Part shown: in pieces, positions 20,609 through 33,611 of the stretch
Numbering within the stretch: position 1 is the stretch's first letter
Layout of the letters: each line of letters opens with the position of its first letter
Source of the DNA: Escherichia coli
Lineage (GTDB): Bacteria; Pseudomonadota; Gammaproteobacteria; Enterobacterales; Enterobacteriaceae
DNA: 64,000 nucleotides
Assembly: GCF_030013595.1 (NCBI RefSeq)
Contig: NZ_CP122768.1
Reading direction: 5' to 3' (one strand)
Made by a program: the position numbers and the translations under genes
The notes under the pieces: generated by a model
What the model was told of the DNA's origin: nothing
The model's database searches: none
What the model saw: the letters and a program-made list of their open reading frames with translations, nothing else

Positions 20609-21800
20609 CTACCTGCTGCTGCCGCTGATCTACCTGCTGGTTAACGTCAAAATCGCCCAGCTTGGTGAAAGTTTCCCCATCACCATCGTAACTTTTTTAC
20701 CTGTTTTGTTACTGCTGTTTTTAGAACGCATCAGCGTTAAAAAATTGATGATTGCCTTAGGGATTGGCGCGGGACTCACGGCGTTTAACTATCTGTTTGG
20801 TCAGTCGCTGGATGCCAGTAAATACGTCACTTCAACTATGCTGTTTGTCTATATCGTGATCATTATTGGTATGGTGTGGAGTATTCGCTTTAAAACGATT
20901 TCGCCACACAACCATCGCAAGATATTACGTTTCTTTTATCTGGTGGTCGGGCTGGTGGTGGCGCTGGCGGCGGTGGAGATGGCGCAAATTATCCTCACCG
21001 GCGGCAGCAGTATTATGGAGTCGATTTCGAAATATCTGATTTACAGCAACAGCTATGTGCTGAATTTCATCAAATTCGGCGGCAAGCGCACGACAGCACT
21101 TTATTTCGAACCGGCATTTTTCGCTCTGGCATTAATCTCAATTTGGCTCAGCATCAAACAGTTTGGTATCAAAACGCCTAAAACAGATGCTATGATTCTC
21201 GCAGGGATAATATTATCCGGATCGTTTTCAGGGGTTATGACCTTTATCCTGTTTTATTTGCTGGAGTGGGCATTTCAATATCTGAATAAAGAGGCGATTA
21301 AGAAAAAGTTACCGTTAGCATTGATTTCTCTGGCTGTATTCCTGGTTGGTGTGGTAATTGCATTTCCTTATATTTCCACCCGTCTGGGCGATTTAGGTAC
21401 GGAAGGATCGTCATCGTATTATCGTATTGTCGGTCCGCTGGTGATGGTCGGTTATTCTTTGACCCATATTGACGGTGTAGTCAGATTTGGCTCACTTTAT
21501 GAATATGTCGCATCATTCGGAATATTTAACGGTGCGGATGTCGGAAAAACCATAGACAATGGTTTGTATCTGCTGATTATTTATTTTTCCTGGTTCGCAG
21601 TGTTTTTATCGCTGTGGTACATGGGGAAAGTGATAAAAATGATGATCAACGCTTTTGGTGATAACCGCAATTTTCGCGTGCAATTATATCTTTTTACTCC
21701 GGTGTCGCTGTTTTTTACCGGTTCGATATTTAGCCCGGAATATGCATTTTTAATCGTCTGTCCGTTTATTTTGCGAAAAGCGTTAAATATTACGAGGTAA
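20583..21800 (+). CDS. wcaD: Colanic acid polymerase (Wzy-like polytopic membrane protein)
   Basis: ORF-track 429 aa trimmed to [21 protein letters not shown] (405 aa); highly hydrophobic. Confidence 0.88.
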   Translation: MSTSIRICSYLLLPLIYLLVNVKIAQLGESFPITIVTFLPVLLLLFLERISVKKLMIALGIGAGLTAFNYLFGQSLDASKYVTSTMLFVYIVIIIGMVWSIRFKTISPHNHRKILRFFYLVVGLVVALAAVEMAQIILTGGSSIMESISKYLIYSNSYVLNFIKFGGKRTTALYFEPAFFALALISIWLSIKQFGIKTPKTDAMILAGIILSGSFSGVMTFILFYLLEWAFQYLNKEAIKKKLPLALISLAVFLVGVVIAFPYISTRLGDLGTEGSSSYYRIVGPLVMVGYSLTHIDGVVRFGSLYEYVASFGIFNGADVGKTIDNGLYLLIIYFSWFAVFLSLWYMGKVIKMMINAFGDNRNFRVQLYLFTPVSLFFTGSIFSPEYAFLIVCPFILRKALNITR

Positions 21801-21810
21801 GAATAAGAAC

Positions 21811-22557
21811 ATGTTGCTTAGCATAATCACTGTCGCGTTTCGTAACCTCGAAGGGATAGTCAAAACACATGCCTCGCTGGCGCATCTGGCGCTGGCGGAA
21901 GATATCAGCTTCGAATGGATTGTTGTCGATGGCGGTTCCAATGACGGCACCCGTGAGTATCTGGAAAATCTCAATAGTATCTATAACCTACGCTTTGTCA
22001 GCGAGCCAGATAACGGTATCTACGACGCCATGAACAAGGGCATTGCGATGGCACAAGGCAAGTTCGCGTTGTTTCTCAATTCGGGCGATATTTTTCATCA
22101 GGATGCCGCAAATTTTGTCCGTAAGTTAAAAGTGCAAAAAGATAACGTGATGATCACCGGCGATGCGCTGCTGGATTTTGGCGACGGGCATAAAATTAAA
22201 CGTAGCGCCAAACCGGGTTGGTATATTTATCACAGCCTGCCCGCCAGCCATCAGGCGATATTTTTCCCGGTATCCGGCTTGAAAAAATGGCGTTATGACC
22301 TGGAATATAAAGTTTCTTCCGATTACGCGCTGGCAGCCAAAATGTATAAAGCCGGTTATGCATTTAAAAAACTCAATGGCCTGGTGTCTGAATTTTCCAT
22401 GGGTGGGGTATCAACAACCAATAATATGGAATTGTGTGCTGACGCCAAAAAAGTCCAACGGCAAATATTACATGTGCCTGGCTTCTGGGCAGAATTATCC
22501 TGGCATTTACGCCAACGTACTACCTCAAAGACGAAAGCCTTATATAACAAAAGCTGA
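21811..22557 (+). CDS. wcaE: Colanic acid glycosyltransferase (GT2)
   Basis: 248 aa; [29 protein letters not shown] motif. Confidence 0.9.
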   Translation: MLLSIITVAFRNLEGIVKTHASLAHLALAEDISFEWIVVDGGSNDGTREYLENLNSIYNLRFVSEPDNGIYDAMNKGIAMAQGKFALFLNSGDIFHQDAANFVRKLKVQKDNVMITGDALLDFGDGHKIKRSAKPGWYIYHSLPASHQAIFFPVSGLKKWRYDLEYKVSSDYALAAKMYKAGYAFKKLNGLVSEFSMGGVSTTNNMELCADAKKVQRQILHVPGFWAELSWHLRQRTTSKTKALYNKS

Positions 22558-22572
22558 ATATAAGGGAAAACG

Positions 22573-23121
22573 ATGCAAGATTTAAGTGGGTTCTCGGTGC
22601 CGAAAGGGTTCCGGGGCGGCAACGCTATTAAAGTGCAATTGTGGTGGGCAGTACAGGCAACATTATTTGCCTGGTCGCCACAAGTATTGTATCGCTGGCG
22701 GGCATTTTTATTACGTTTATTCGGGGCGAAAATAGGAAAAAACGTAGTTATTCGTCCGTCAGTAAAAATTACCTATCCGTGGAAATTAACCTTAGGTGAT
22801 TACGCGTGGGTCGGCGATGAGGTCAATTTATATACCCTCGGTGAAATAACCATTGGCGCACATTCGGTGATATCGCAAAAAAGTTATTTATGCACCGGGA
22901 GCCACGACCATGCAAGTCAACATTTCACCATTAACGCCACGCCTATTGTGATTGGCGAGAAATGTTGGCTGGCAACCGATGTCTTTGTTGCCCCAGGCGT
23001 CACAATCGGCGACGGCACCGTCGTGGGGGCGCGAAGCAGTGTTTTTAAATCGCTTCCGGCAAATGTGGTTTGCCGGGGGAATCCCGCAGTGGTGATACGC
23101 GAACGCGTTGAAACTGAATAA
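22573..23121 (+). CDS. wcaF: Colanic acid acetyltransferase (hexapeptide-repeat)
   Basis: 182 aa; hexapeptide repeats (VGDEVNLYTLGEITIGAHSVIS...). Confidence 0.9.
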   Translation: MQDLSGFSVPKGFRGGNAIKVQLWWAVQATLFAWSPQVLYRWRAFLLRLFGAKIGKNVVIRPSVKITYPWKLTLGDYAWVGDEVNLYTLGEITIGAHSVISQKSYLCTGSHDHASQHFTINATPIVIGEKCWLATDVFVAPGVTIGDGTVVGARSSVFKSLPANVVCRGNPAVVIRERVETE

Positions 23122-23147
23122 ATTCAAAAAATACAGAGGAATAAGAC

Positions 23148-24269
23148 ATGTCAAAAGTCGCTCTCATCACCGGTGTAACCGGACAAGACGGTTCTTACCT
23201 GGCAGAGTTTCTGCTGGAAAAAGGTTACGAGGTGCATGGTATTAAGCGTCGTGCATCGTCATTCAACACCGAGCGCGTGGATCACATTTATCAGGATCCG
23301 CACACCTGCAACCCGAAATTCCATCTGCATTATGGCGACCTGAGTGATACCTCCAACCTGACGCGCATTTTACGTGAAGTGCAGCCGGATGAAGTGTACA
23401 ACCTGGGCGCAATGAGCCACGTTGCGGTCTCTTTTGAGTCACCAGAATATACCGCAGACGTTGATGCGATGGGTACGCTGCGCCTGCTGGAGGCGATCCG
23501 CTTCCTCGGTCTGGAAAAGAAAACTCGTTTCTATCAGGCTTCCACTTCTGAACTGTACGGTCTGGTGCAGGAAATTCCGCAGAAAGAAACCACGCCGTTC
23601 TACCCACGCTCTCCGTATGCGGTCGCCAAACTGTATGCCTACTGGATCACCGTTAACTACCGCGAATCCTACGGCATGTACGCTTGTAACGGTATTCTCT
23701 TCAACCATGAATCCCCGCGCCGCGGCGAAACCTTCGTTACCCGCAAAATCACCCGCGCAATCGCCAATATCGCCCAAGGGCTGGAGTCGTGCCTGTACCT
23801 CGGCAATATGGATTCCCTGCGTGACTGGGGCCATGCCAAAGACTACGTAAAAATGCAGTGGATGATGCTGCAACAGGAACAGCCGGAAGATTTCGTTATC
23901 GCGACCGGCGTTCAGTACTCCGTGCGTCAGTTCGTGGAAATGGCGGCAGCACAGCTGGGCATCAAACTGCGCTTTGAAGGCACGGGCGTTGAAGAGAAGG
24001 GCATTGTGGTTTCCGTCACCGGGCATGACGCGCCGGGCGTTAAACCGGGGGATGTGATTATCGCCGTTGACCCGCGTTACTTCCGTCCGGCAGAAGTTGA
24101 AACGCTGCTCGGCGACCCGACCAAAGCGCACGAAAAACTGGGCTGGAAACCAGAAATCACCCTCAGAGAGATGGTGTCTGAAATGGTGGCTAATGACCTC
24201 GAAGCGGCGAAAAAACACTCTCTGCTGAAATCTCACGGCTACGACGTGGCGATCGCGCTGGAGTCATAA
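23148..24269 (+). CDS. gmd: GDP-mannose 4,6-dehydratase
   Basis: 373 aa; [38 protein letters not shown]-binding GxxGxxG. Confidence 0.95.
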
Positions 24270-24271
24270 GC

Positions 24272-25237
24272 ATGAGTAAACAACGCATTTTTATCGCTGG
24301 CCATCGCGGAATGGTCGGTTCCGCCATCACCCGTCAGCTCGAACAGCGCGGTGATGTGGAACTGGTATTACGTACCCGCGACGAGCTGAACCTGCTGGAC
24401 AGCCGCGCGGTGCATGATTTCTTTGCCAGCGAGCGCATTGACCAGGTCTATCTGGCGGCGGCGAAAGTGGGCGGCATTGTTGCCAACAACACCTGTCCGG
24501 CGGATTTCATCTACCAGAACATGATGATTGAGAGCAACATCATTCACGCCGCGCATCAGAACGGCGTGAACAAACTGCTGTTTCTCGGATCGTCCTGTAT
24601 CTACCCGAAACTGGCAAAACAGCCGATGGCAGAAAGCGAGTTATTGCAGGGCACGCTGGAGCCGACCAACGAGCCTTACGCCATTGCCAAAATCGCCGGG
24701 ATCAAACTGTGCGAATCTTACAACCGCCAGTATGGACGCGATTACCGCTCAGTCATGCCGACCAACCTGTATGGCCCGCATGACAATTTCCACCCGAGTA
24801 ACTCGCATGTGATCCCAGCATTGCTGCGTCGCTTCCACGAGGCGACGGCACAGAATGCACCGGACGTGGTGGTGTGGGGCAGCGGTACACCGATGCGCGA
24901 ATTTCTGCACGTCGATGATATGGCGGCGGCAAGCATTCATGTGATGGAGCTGGCGCACGAAGTCTGGCTGGAAAACACCCAGCCGATGTTGTCGCACATT
25001 AACGTCGGTACGGGCGTTGACTGCACTATCCGCGAGCTGGCGCAAACCATCGCCAAAGTGGTGGGTTACAAAGGTCGGGTGGTTTTTGATGCCAGTAAAC
25101 CGGATGGTACGCCGCGCAAACTGCTGGATGTGACGCGCCTGCATCAGCTTGGCTGGTATCACGAAATCTCACTGGAAGCGGGGCTTGCCAGCACTTACCA
25201 GTGGTTCCTTGAGAATCAAGACCGCTTTCGGGGGTAA
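24272..25237 (+). CDS. fcl: GDP-L-fucose synthase
   Basis: 321 aa; [23 protein letters not shown]. Confidence 0.95.
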   Translation: MSKQRIFIAGHRGMVGSAITRQLEQRGDVELVLRTRDELNLLDSRAVHDFFASERIDQVYLAAAKVGGIVANNTCPADFIYQNMMIESNIIHAAHQNGVNKLLFLGSSCIYPKLAKQPMAESELLQGTLEPTNEPYAIAKIAGIKLCESYNRQYGRDYRSVMPTNLYGPHDNFHPSNSHVIPALLRRFHEATAQNAPDVVVWGSGTPMREFLHVDDMAAASIHVMELAHEVWLENTQPMLSHINVGTGVDCTIRELAQTIAKVVGYKGRVVFDASKPDGTPRKLLDVTRLHQLGWYHEISLEAGLASTYQWFLENQDRFRG

Positions 25238-25719
25238 TGATGTTTTTACGTCAGGAAGACTTTGCCACGGTAGTGTGCTCCACACCGCTTGTCTCTCTCG
25301 ATTTTATTGTCGAGAACAGTCGCGGCGAGTTTCTGCTTGGCAAAAGAACCAACCGCCCGGCGCAGGGTTACTGGTTTGTGCCGGGAGGGCGCGTGCAGAA
25401 AGACGAAACGCTGGAAGCCGCATTTGAGCGGCTGACGATGGCGGAACTGGGGCTGCGTCTGCCTATAACAGCAGGCCAGTTTTACGGTGTCTGGCAGCAC
25501 TTTTATGACGATAACTTCTCCGGCACGGATTTCACCACTCACTATGTGGTGCTCGGTTTTCGCTTCAGAGTAGCGGAAGAAGAGCTGTTACTGCCGGATG
25601 AGCAGCATGACGATTACCGCTGGCTGACGCCGGACGCGCTGCTCGCCAGTAACGATGTTCACGCTAACAGCCGCGCCTATTTTCTCGCTGAGAAGCGTGC
25701 CGGAGTACCCGGATTATGA
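25237..25719 (+). CDS. gmm: GDP-mannose mannosyl hydrolase (Nudix)
   Basis: ~160 aa; Nudix-like region; start may be the second ATG (25240). Confidence 0.9.
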   Translation: MMFLRQEDFATVVCSTPLVSLDFIVENSRGEFLLGKRTNRPAQGYWFVPGGRVQKDETLEAAFERLTMAELGLRLPITAGQFYGVWQHFYDDNFSGTDFTTHYVVLGFRFRVAEEELLLPDEQHDDYRWLTPDALLASNDVHANSRAYFLAEKRAGVPGL

Positions 25720-26939
25720 AAATACTGGTCTACGGCATTAACTACTCGCCGGAGTTAACCGGCATCGGCAAATACACCGGCGAGATGGTGGAATGGCTGG
25801 CGGCACAAGGTCATGAGGTGCGGGTTATTACCGCACCGCCTTACTACCCGCAATGGCAGGTGGGCGAGAACTATTCCGCCTGGCGGTACAAACGAGAAGA
25901 GGGGGCCGCCACGGTGTGGCGCTGCCCGCTGTACGTGCCAAAACAGCCGAGCACCCTGAAACGCCTGTTACATCTCGGCAGTTTTGCCGTCAGCAGTTTC
26001 TTTCCTCTGATGGCGCAACGTCGCTGGAAGCCGGATCGCATTATCGGCGTGGTGCCAACGCTGTTTTGCACGCCGGGAATGCGCCTGCTGGCGAAACTCT
26101 CTGGTGCGCGTACCGTGCTGCATATTCAGGATTACGAAGTGGACGCCATGCTGGGGCTGGGCCTTGCCGGAAAAGGCAAAGGCGGCAAAGTGGCGCAGCT
26201 GGCGACGGCGTTCGAACGTAGCGGACTGCATAACGTCGATAACGTCTCCACGATTTCGCGTTCGATGATGAATAAAGCCATCGAAAAAGGCGTGGCGGCG
26301 GATAACATCATTTTCTTCCCCAACTGGTCGGAAATCGCCCGTTTTCAGCATGTTGCAGACGCCGATGTTGATGCCCTTCGTAACCAGCTTGGCCTGCCGG
26401 ATAACAAAAAAATCATTCTTTACTCCGGCAATATTGGTGAAAAGCAGGGGCTGGAAAACGTTATTGAAGCTGCCGATCTCCTGCGCGATGAACCGCTGAT
26501 TTTTGCCATTGTCGGGCAGGGCGGCGGCAAAGCGCGGCTGGAAAAAATGGCGCAACAGCGTGGTCTGCGCAACATGCAATTTTTTCCGCTGCAATCGTAT
26601 GACGCTTTACCCGCACTGCTGAAGATGGGCGATTGCCATCTGGTGGTGCAAAAACGCGGCGCGGCAGATGCCGTATTGCCGTCGAAACTGACCAATATTC
26701 TGGCGGTAGGCGGTAACGCGGTGATTACTGCAGAAGCCCACACAGAACTGGGACAGCTTTGCGAAACCTTTCCGGGCATTGCGGTTTGCGTTGAACCGGA
26801 ATCGGTCGAGGCGCTGGTGGCGGGGATTCGTCAGGCGCTCCTGCTGCCCAAACACAACACGGTGGCACGTGAATATGCCGAACGCACGCTCGATAAAGAG
26901 AACGTGTTACGTCAATTTATAAATGATATTCGGGGATAA
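25716..26939 (+). CDS. wcaI: Colanic acid glycosyltransferase (GT4)
   Basis: 407 aa; [28 protein letters not shown]. Confidence 0.9.
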   Translation: MKILVYGINYSPELTGIGKYTGEMVEWLAAQGHEVRVITAPPYYPQWQVGENYSAWRYKREEGAATVWRCPLYVPKQPSTLKRLLHLGSFAVSSFFPLMAQRRWKPDRIIGVVPTLFCTPGMRLLAKLSGARTVLHIQDYEVDAMLGLGLAGKGKGGKVAQLATAFERSGLHNVDNVSTISRSMMNKAIEKGVAADNIIFFPNWSEIARFQHVADADVDALRNQLGLPDNKKIILYSGNIGEKQGLENVIEAADLLRDEPLIFAIVGQGGGKARLEKMAQQRGLRNMQFFPLQSYDALPALLKMGDCHLVVQKRGAADAVLPSKLTNILAVGGNAVITAEAHTELGQLCETFPGIAVCVEPESVEALVAGIRQALLLPKHNTVAREYAERTLDKENVLRQFINDIRG

Positions 26940-26941
26940 TT

Positions 26942-28378
26942 ATGGCGCAGTCGAAACTCTATCCAGTTGTGATGGCAGGTGGCTCCGGTAGCCGCTTATG
27001 GCCGCTTTCCCGCGTACTTTACCCCAAGCAGTTTTTATGCCTGAAAGGCGATCTCACCATGCTGCAAACCACCATCTGCCGCCTGAAAGGCGTAGAGTGC
27101 GAAAGCCCGGTGGTGATTTGCAATGAGCAGCACCGCTTTATTGTCGCGGAACAGCTGCGCCAACTGAACAAACTCACCGAGAACATTATTCTCGAACCGG
27201 CAGGGCGTAACACTGCACCAGCCATTGCGCTGGCGGCGCTGGCGGCAACACGTCATAGTCCGGAGAGCGACCCGTTAATGCTGGTGCTGGCGGCGGATCA
27301 TGTGATTGCCGATGAAGACGCGTTCCGTGCCGCCGTGCGTAATGCCATACCGTATGCCGAAGCGGGCAAGCTGGTGACCTTTGGCATTGTGCCGGATCTA
27401 CCTGAAATCGGTTATGGCTATATTCGTCGCGGTGAAGTGTCTGCGGGTGAGCAGGATACGGTGGCCTTTGAAGTGGCGCAGTTTGTCGAAAAACCGAATC
27501 TGGAAACCGCTCAGGCCTATGTGGCAAGTGGCGAATATTACTGGAACAGCGGCATGTTCCTGTTCCGCGCCGGACGCTATCTCGAAGAACTGAAAAAATA
27601 TCGCCCGGATATTCTCGATGCCTGTGAAAAAGCGATGAGCGCCGTCGATCCGGATCTCGATTTTATTCGCGTGGATGAAGAAGCGTTTCTCGCCTGCCCG
27701 GAAGAGTCGGTGGATTACGCGGTCATGGAACGTACGGCAGATGCTGTTGTGGTGCCGATGGATGCGGGCTGGAGCGATGTCGGCTCCTGGTCCTCATTAT
27801 GGGAAATTAGCGCCCACACCGCCGAGGGCAACGTTTGCCACGGCGATGTGATTAATCACAAAACCGAAAACAGCTATGTGTATGCCGAATCTGGCCTGGT
27901 CACCACCGTCGGGGTGAAAGATTTGGTGGTAGTGCAGACCAAAGATGCGGTGCTGATTGCCGACCGTAACGCGGTGCAGGATGTGAAAAAAGTGGTCGAG
28001 CAGATCAAAGCCGATGGTCGCCATGAGCATCGGGTGCATCGCGAAGTGTATCGTCCGTGGGGCAAATATGACTCTATCGACGCGGGCGACCGCTACCAGG
28101 TGAAACGCATCACCGTGAAACCGGGCGAGGGCTTGTCGGTACAGATGCACCATCACCGCGCGGAACACTGGGTAGTGGTAGCGGGAACGGCAAAAGTCAC
28201 CATTGACGGTGATATCAAACTGCTTGGTGAAAACGAGTCCATTTATATTCCGCTGGGGGCGACGCACTGCCTGGAAAACCCGGGGAAAATTCCGCTCGAT
28301 TTAATTGAAGTGCGCTCCGGCTCTTATCTCGAAGAGGATGATGTGGTGCGCTTCGCGGATCGCTACGGACGGGTGTAA
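26942..28378 (+). CDS. cpsB: Mannose-1-phosphate guanylyltransferase
   Basis: 478 aa; [17 protein letters not shown] nucleotidyltransferase motif; C-terminal cupin region. Confidence 0.95.
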   Translation: MAQSKLYPVVMAGGSGSRLWPLSRVLYPKQFLCLKGDLTMLQTTICRLKGVECESPVVICNEQHRFIVAEQLRQLNKLTENIILEPAGRNTAPAIALAALAATRHSPESDPLMLVLAADHVIADEDAFRAAVRNAIPYAEAGKLVTFGIVPDLPEIGYGYIRRGEVSAGEQDTVAFEVAQFVEKPNLETAQAYVASGEYYWNSGMFLFRAGRYLEELKKYRPDILDACEKAMSAVDPDLDFIRVDEEAFLACPEESVDYAVMERTADAVVVPMDAGWSDVGSWSSLWEISAHTAEGNVCHGDVINHKTENSYVYAESGLVTTVGVKDLVVVQTKDAVLIADRNAVQDVKKVVEQIKADGRHEHRVHREVYRPWGKYDSIDAGDRYQVKRITVKPGEGLSVQMHHHRAEHWVVVAGTAKVTIDGDIKLLGENESIYIPLGATHCLENPGKIPLDLIEVRSGSYLEEDDVVRFADRYGRV

Positions 28379-28380
28379 AC

Positions 28381-28660
<280 letters not shown>

Positions 28661-28746
28661 AATGCGAAACCGCGGTGTAAATAATGACAAAAACAAAATT
28701 GGCCGTTTCGGTCAGGGCCAACTATTGCCTGAAAAAGGGTAACGAC

Positions 28747-30117
28747 ATGAAAAAATTAACCTGCTTTAAAGCCTATGATATTCGCGGGAAATTAGGCGAA
28801 GAACTGAATGAAGATATTGCCTGGCGCATTGGTCGCGCCTATGGCGAATTTCTCAAACCGAAAACCATTGTGTTAGGCGGTGATGTCCGTCTCACCAGCG
28901 AAACCTTAAAACTGGCGCTGGCAAAAGGTTTACAGGATGCGGGCGTTGACGTGCTGGATATCGGTATGTCCGGCACCGAAGAGATCTATTTCGCCACGTT
29001 CCATCTCGGCGTGGATGGCGGCATCGAAGTTACCGCCAGCCATAACCCGATGGATTATAACGGCATGAAACTGGTGCGCGAAGGGGCTCGCCCGATCAGC
29101 GGTGATACCGGACTGCGCGATGTCCAGCGCCTGGCTGAAGCCAACGACTTTCCTCCCGTCGATGAAACCAAACGCGGTCGCTATCAGCAAATCAACCTGC
29201 GTGACGCTTACGTTGATCACCTGTTCGGTTATATCAATGTCAAAAACCTCACGCCGCTCAAGCTGGTGATTAACTCCGGGAATGGCGCAGCGGGTCCGGT
29301 GGTGGACGCCATCGAAGCCCGCTTTAAAGCCCTCGGCGCACCCGTGGAATTAATCAAAGTGCACAACACACCGGACGGCAATTTCCCCAACGGTATTCCT
29401 AACCCGCTGCTGCCGGAATGCCGCGACGACACCCGCAATGCGGTCATCAAACACGGCGCGGATATGGGCATTGCCTTTGATGGCGATTTTGACCGCTGTT
29501 TCCTGTTTGACGAAAAAGGGCAGTTTATCGAGGGCTATTACATTGTCGGCCTGCTGGCAGAAGCGTTCCTCGAAAAAAATCCCGGCGCGAAGATCATCCA
29601 CGATCCGCGTCTCTCCTGGAATACCGTTGATGTGGTGACTGCCGCAGGCGGCACCCCGGTAATGTCGAAAACCGGACACGCCTTTATTAAAGAACGTATG
29701 CGCAAGGAAGACGCCATCTACGGTGGCGAAATGAGCGCCCACCATTACTTCCGTGATTTCGCTTACTGCGACAGCGGCATGATCCCGTGGCTGCTGGTCG
29801 CCGAACTGGTGTGCCTGAAAGGAAAAACGCTGGGCGAACTGGTGCGCGACCGGATGGCTGCGTTTCCGGCAAGCGGTGAGATCAACAGCAAACTGGCGCA
29901 ACCCGTTGAGGCGATTAATCGCGTCGAACAGCATTTTAGCCGTGAGGCGCTGGCGGTGGATCGTACCGATGGCATCAGCATGACCTTTGCCGACTGGCGC
30001 TTTAACCTGCGCACCTCCAACACCGAACCGGTGGTGCGCCTGAATGTGGAATCGCGCGGTGATGTGCCGCTGATGGAAGCGCGAACGCGAACTCTGCTGA
30101 CGTTGCTGAATGAGTAA
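28747..30117 (+). CDS. cpsG: Phosphomannomutase
   Basis: ORF-track ORF trimmed to [26 protein letters not shown] (456 aa); TASHNP active-site serine motif. Confidence 0.95.
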   Translation: MKKLTCFKAYDIRGKLGEELNEDIAWRIGRAYGEFLKPKTIVLGGDVRLTSETLKLALAKGLQDAGVDVLDIGMSGTEEIYFATFHLGVDGGIEVTASHNPMDYNGMKLVREGARPISGDTGLRDVQRLAEANDFPPVDETKRGRYQQINLRDAYVDHLFGYINVKNLTPLKLVINSGNGAAGPVVDAIEARFKALGAPVELIKVHNTPDGNFPNGIPNPLLPECRDDTRNAVIKHGADMGIAFDGDFDRCFLFDEKGQFIEGYYIVGLLAEAFLEKNPGAKIIHDPRLSWNTVDVVTAAGGTPVMSKTGHAFIKERMRKEDAIYGGEMSAHHYFRDFAYCDSGMIPWLLVAELVCLKGKTLGELVRDRMAAFPASGEINSKLAQPVEAINRVEQHFSREALAVDRTDGISMTFADWRFNLRTSNTEPVVRLNVESRGDVPLMEARTRTLLTLLNE

Positions 30118-30171
30118 TGTCGGATCTTCCCTTACCCCACTGCGGGTAAGGGGCTAATAACAGGAACAACG

Positions 30172-31566
30172 ATGACAAATCTAAAAAAGCGCGAGCGAGC
30201 GAAAACCAATGCATCGTTAATCTCTATGGTGCAACGCTTTTCAGATATCACCATCATGTTTGCCGGACTATGGCTGGTTTGCGAAGTCAGCGGACTGTCA
30301 TTCCTCTACATGCACCTGTTGGTGGCGCTGATTACGCTGGTGGTGTTCCAGATGCTGGGCGGCATCACCGATTTTTATCGCTCATGGCGCGGTGTTCGGG
30401 CAGCGACAGAATTTGCCCTGTTGCTACAAAACTGGACCTTAAGCGTGATTTTCAGCGCCGGACTGGTGGCGTTCAACAATGATTTCGACACGCAACTGAA
30501 AATCTGGCTGGCGTGGTATGGGCTGACCAGTATCGGACTGGTGGTTTGCCGTTCATGTATTCGCATTGGGGCGGGCTGGCTGCGTAATCATGGCTATAAC
30601 AAGCGCATGGTCGCGGTGGCGGGGGATTTAGCCGCCGGACAAATGCTGATGGAGAGCTTCCGTAATCAGCCGTGGTTAGGGTTTGAAGTGGTGGGCGTTT
30701 ACCACGACCCGAAACCGGGCGGCGTTTCTAACGACTGGGCGGGTAACCTGCAACAGCTGGTCGAGGACGCGAAAGCGGGCAAGATTCATAACGTCTATAT
30801 CGCGATGCAAATGTGCGACGGCGCACGAGTGAAAAAACTGGTCCATCAATTGGCGGACACCACCTGTTCGGTGCTGCTGATCCCCGATGTCTTTACCTTC
30901 AACATTCTCCATTCACGTCTCGAAGAGATGAACGGCGTTCCGGTGGTGCCGCTGTATGACACGCCACTTTCCGGGGTTAACCGCCTGCTCAAACGTGCGG
31001 AAGACATTGTGCTGGCGACGCTTATTCTGCTGCTGATCTCCCCGGTGCTGTGCTGTATTGCGCTGGCGGTAAAACTCACTTCACCAGGGCCGGTTATTTT
31101 CCGCCAGACTCGCTATGGCATGGATGGCAAACCGATCAAAGTGTGGAAGTTCCGTTCGATGAAAGTGATGGAGAACGACAAAGTGGTGACTCAGGCGACG
31201 CAGAACGATCCGCGCGTCACCAAAGTGGGGAACTTTCTGCGCCGCACCTCGCTGGACGAATTGCCGCAGTTTATCAATGTGCTGACCGGGGGGATGTCGA
31301 TTGTCGGTCCACGTCCACACGCGGTGGCGCATAACGAACAATATCGCCAGCTCATTGAAGGCTACATGCTGCGCCATAAGGTGAAACCGGGCATTACCGG
31401 CTGGGCGCAGATTAATGGCTGGCGTGGCGAAACCGACACGCTGGAGAAAATGGAAAAACGCGTCGAGTTCGACCTTGAGTACATCCGCGAATGGAGCGTC
31501 TGGTTCGATATCAAAATCGTTTTCCTGACGGTATTCAAAGGCTTCGTTAACAAAGCGGCATATTGA
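30172..31566 (+). CDS. wcaJ: Undecaprenyl-phosphate glucose-1-phosphate transferase (colanic acid initiating enzyme)
   Basis: 464 aa; N-terminal TM helices, C-terminal sugar-transferase domain (PGITGWAQINGWRGETD). Confidence 0.93.
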   Translation: MTNLKKRERAKTNASLISMVQRFSDITIMFAGLWLVCEVSGLSFLYMHLLVALITLVVFQMLGGITDFYRSWRGVRAATEFALLLQNWTLSVIFSAGLVAFNNDFDTQLKIWLAWYGLTSIGLVVCRSCIRIGAGWLRNHGYNKRMVAVAGDLAAGQMLMESFRNQPWLGFEVVGVYHDPKPGGVSNDWAGNLQQLVEDAKAGKIHNVYIAMQMCDGARVKKLVHQLADTTCSVLLIPDVFTFNILHSRLEEMNGVPVVPLYDTPLSGVNRLLKRAEDIVLATLILLLISPVLCCIALAVKLTSPGPVIFRQTRYGMDGKPIKVWKFRSMKVMENDKVVTQATQNDPRVTKVGNFLRRTSLDELPQFINVLTGGMSIVGPRPHAVAHNEQYRQLIEGYMLRHKVKPGITGWAQINGWRGETDTLEKMEKRVEFDLEYIREWSVWFDIKIVFLTVFKGFVNKAAY

Positions 31567-31567
31567 T

Positions 31568-33046
31568 ATGAGCTTACGTGAAAAAACCATCAGCGGCGCG
31601 AAGTGGTCGGCGATTGCTACGGTGATCATCATCGGCCTCGGGCTGGTACAGATGACCGTGCTGGCGCGGATTATCGACAACCACCAGTTCGGTTTGCTTA
31701 CCGTGTCGCTGGTGATCATCGCGCTAGCAGATACGCTTTCTGACTTCGGTATCGCTAACTCGATTATTCAGCGAAAAGAAATCAGCCACCTTGAACTCAC
31801 CACGCTGTACTGGCTGAACGTCGGGCTGGGGCTTGTGGTGTGCGTGGCGGTGTTTTTGTTGAGTGATGCCATTGGCGACGTGCTGAATAACCCGGACCTG
31901 GCACCGTTGATTAAAACATTGTCGCTGGCGTTTGTGGTGATCCCCCACGGGCAACAGTTCCGCGCGTTGATGCAGAAGGAGCTGGAGTTCAACAAAATCG
32001 GCATGATCGAAACCAGCGCGGTACTGGTGGGCTTCACTTTTACGGTGGTTAGCGCCCATTTCTGGCCGCTGGCGATGACCGCGATCCTCGGTTATCTGGT
32101 CAATAGTGCGGTGAGAACGCTGCTGTTTGGCTACTTTGGACGCAAAATTTATCGCCCCGGTCTGCACTTCTCGCTGGCGTCGGTGGCACCGAACTTACGC
32201 TTTGGTGCCTGGCTGACGGCGGACAGCATCATCAACTATCTCAATACCAACCTTTCAACGCTGGTGCTGGCGCGTATTCTCGGCGCGGGCGTGGCAGGGG
32301 GATACAACCTGGCGTACAACGTGGCCGTTGTGCCGCCGATGAAGTTGAACCCGATCATCACCCGTGTGTTGTTTCCGGCATTCGCCAAAATTCAGGACGA
32401 TACCGAAAAGCTGCGCGTTAACTTCTACAAGCTGCTGTCGGTAGTGGGGATTATCAACTTTCCGGCGCTGCTCGGGCTGATGGTGGTGTCGAATAACTTT
32501 GTACCGCTGGTCTTTGGTGAGAAGTGGAACAGCATTATTCCGGTGCTGCAATTGCTGTGTGTGGTGGGTCTGCTGCGTTCGGTGGGTAACCCGATTGGTT
32601 CGCTGCTGATGGCGAAAGCGCGGGTCGATATCAGCTTTAAATTCAACGTATTCAAAACATTTCTGTTTATTCCGGCGATTGTTATTGGTGGGCAGATGGC
32701 GGGCGCAATCGGCGTCACGCTCGGTTTCCTGCTGGTGCAGATTATCAACACCATTCTGAGTTACTTCGTGATGATTAAACCGGTTCTTGGTTCCAGTTAT
32801 CGCCAGTACATCCTGAGTTTATGGCTGCCGTTTTATCTCTCGCTGCCGACGCTGGTGGTCAGTTATGTGCTGGGCATTGTGCTGAAAGGGCAACTGGCGC
32901 TGGGGATGCTGCTGGCGGTGCAAATAGCCGCGGGCGTGCTGGCGTTTGTGGTGATGATTGTGCTGTCGCGCCATCCGCTGGTGGTGGAAGTGAAGCGTCA
33001 GTTTTGCCGCAGCGAAAAAATGAAAATGCTTTTACGGGCGGGGTGA
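31568..33046 (+). CDS. wzxC: Colanic acid repeat-unit flippase (Wzx family)
   Basis: 492 aa polytopic membrane protein; synteny. Confidence 0.9.
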   Translation: MSLREKTISGAKWSAIATVIIIGLGLVQMTVLARIIDNHQFGLLTVSLVIIALADTLSDFGIANSIIQRKEISHLELTTLYWLNVGLGLVVCVAVFLLSDAIGDVLNNPDLAPLIKTLSLAFVVIPHGQQFRALMQKELEFNKIGMIETSAVLVGFTFTVVSAHFWPLAMTAILGYLVNSAVRTLLFGYFGRKIYRPGLHFSLASVAPNLRFGAWLTADSIINYLNTNLSTLVLARILGAGVAGGYNLAYNVAVVPPMKLNPIITRVLFPAFAKIQDDTEKLRVNFYKLLSVVGIINFPALLGLMVVSNNFVPLVFGEKWNSIIPVLQLLCVVGLLRSVGNPIGSLLMAKARVDISFKFNVFKTFLFIPAIVIGGQMAGAIGVTLGFLLVQIINTILSYFVMIKPVLGSSYRQYILSLWLPFYLSLPTLVVSYVLGIVLKGQLALGMLLAVQIAAGVLAFVVMIVLSRHPLVVEVKRQFCRSEKMKMLLRAG

Positions 33047-33074
33047 GTTGTTGTTTTCGGTTCCGACAACGGTT

Positions 33075-33552
33075 GCCGGGTGCAGCGTAAAACGCCTTAT
33101 CCATCCTACGGTTCTGTGCTCGGGACCTGTAGGCCTGATAAGACGCGTCAGCGTCGCATCAGGCACTGAATGCCGGATGCGGCGTGAACGCCTTATCCGG
33201 CCTACGGTTCAGGGCTTGGATCTTGTAGGCCCGATAAGACGCGCCAGCGTCGCATCAGGCACTGAATGCCGGATGCGGCGTAAAACGCCTTATCCGGCCT
33301 ACGGTTCTGTGCTCGGGTCTTGTAGGCCTGATAAGACGCGCCAGCGTCGCATCAGGCACTGAATGCCGGATGCGGCGTGAACGCCTTATCCATCCTACGG
33401 TTCTGTGCTCGGGACCTGTAGGCCTGATAAGACGCGTCAGCGTCGCATCAGGCACTGAATGCCGGATGCGGCGTGAACGCCTTATCCGGCCTACGGTTCT
33501 GTGCTCGGGTCTTGTAGGCCTGATAAGACGCGGCCAGCGTCGCATCAGGCAA
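33075..33552. repeat. BIME array: about five tandem REP-pair units (~86-106 bp period)
   Basis: cgtcgcatcaggcactgaatgccggatgcggcg recurs at ~33153, 33259, 33345, 33440, 33540; overlapping ORF-track ORFs in both strands are artefacts. Confidence 0.9.
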
Positions 33553-33611
33553 AAAACGGCAACGAACAAAACAAACACAGCCTCACCTGGCATCAAATTT
33601 ATGAGGAAAAA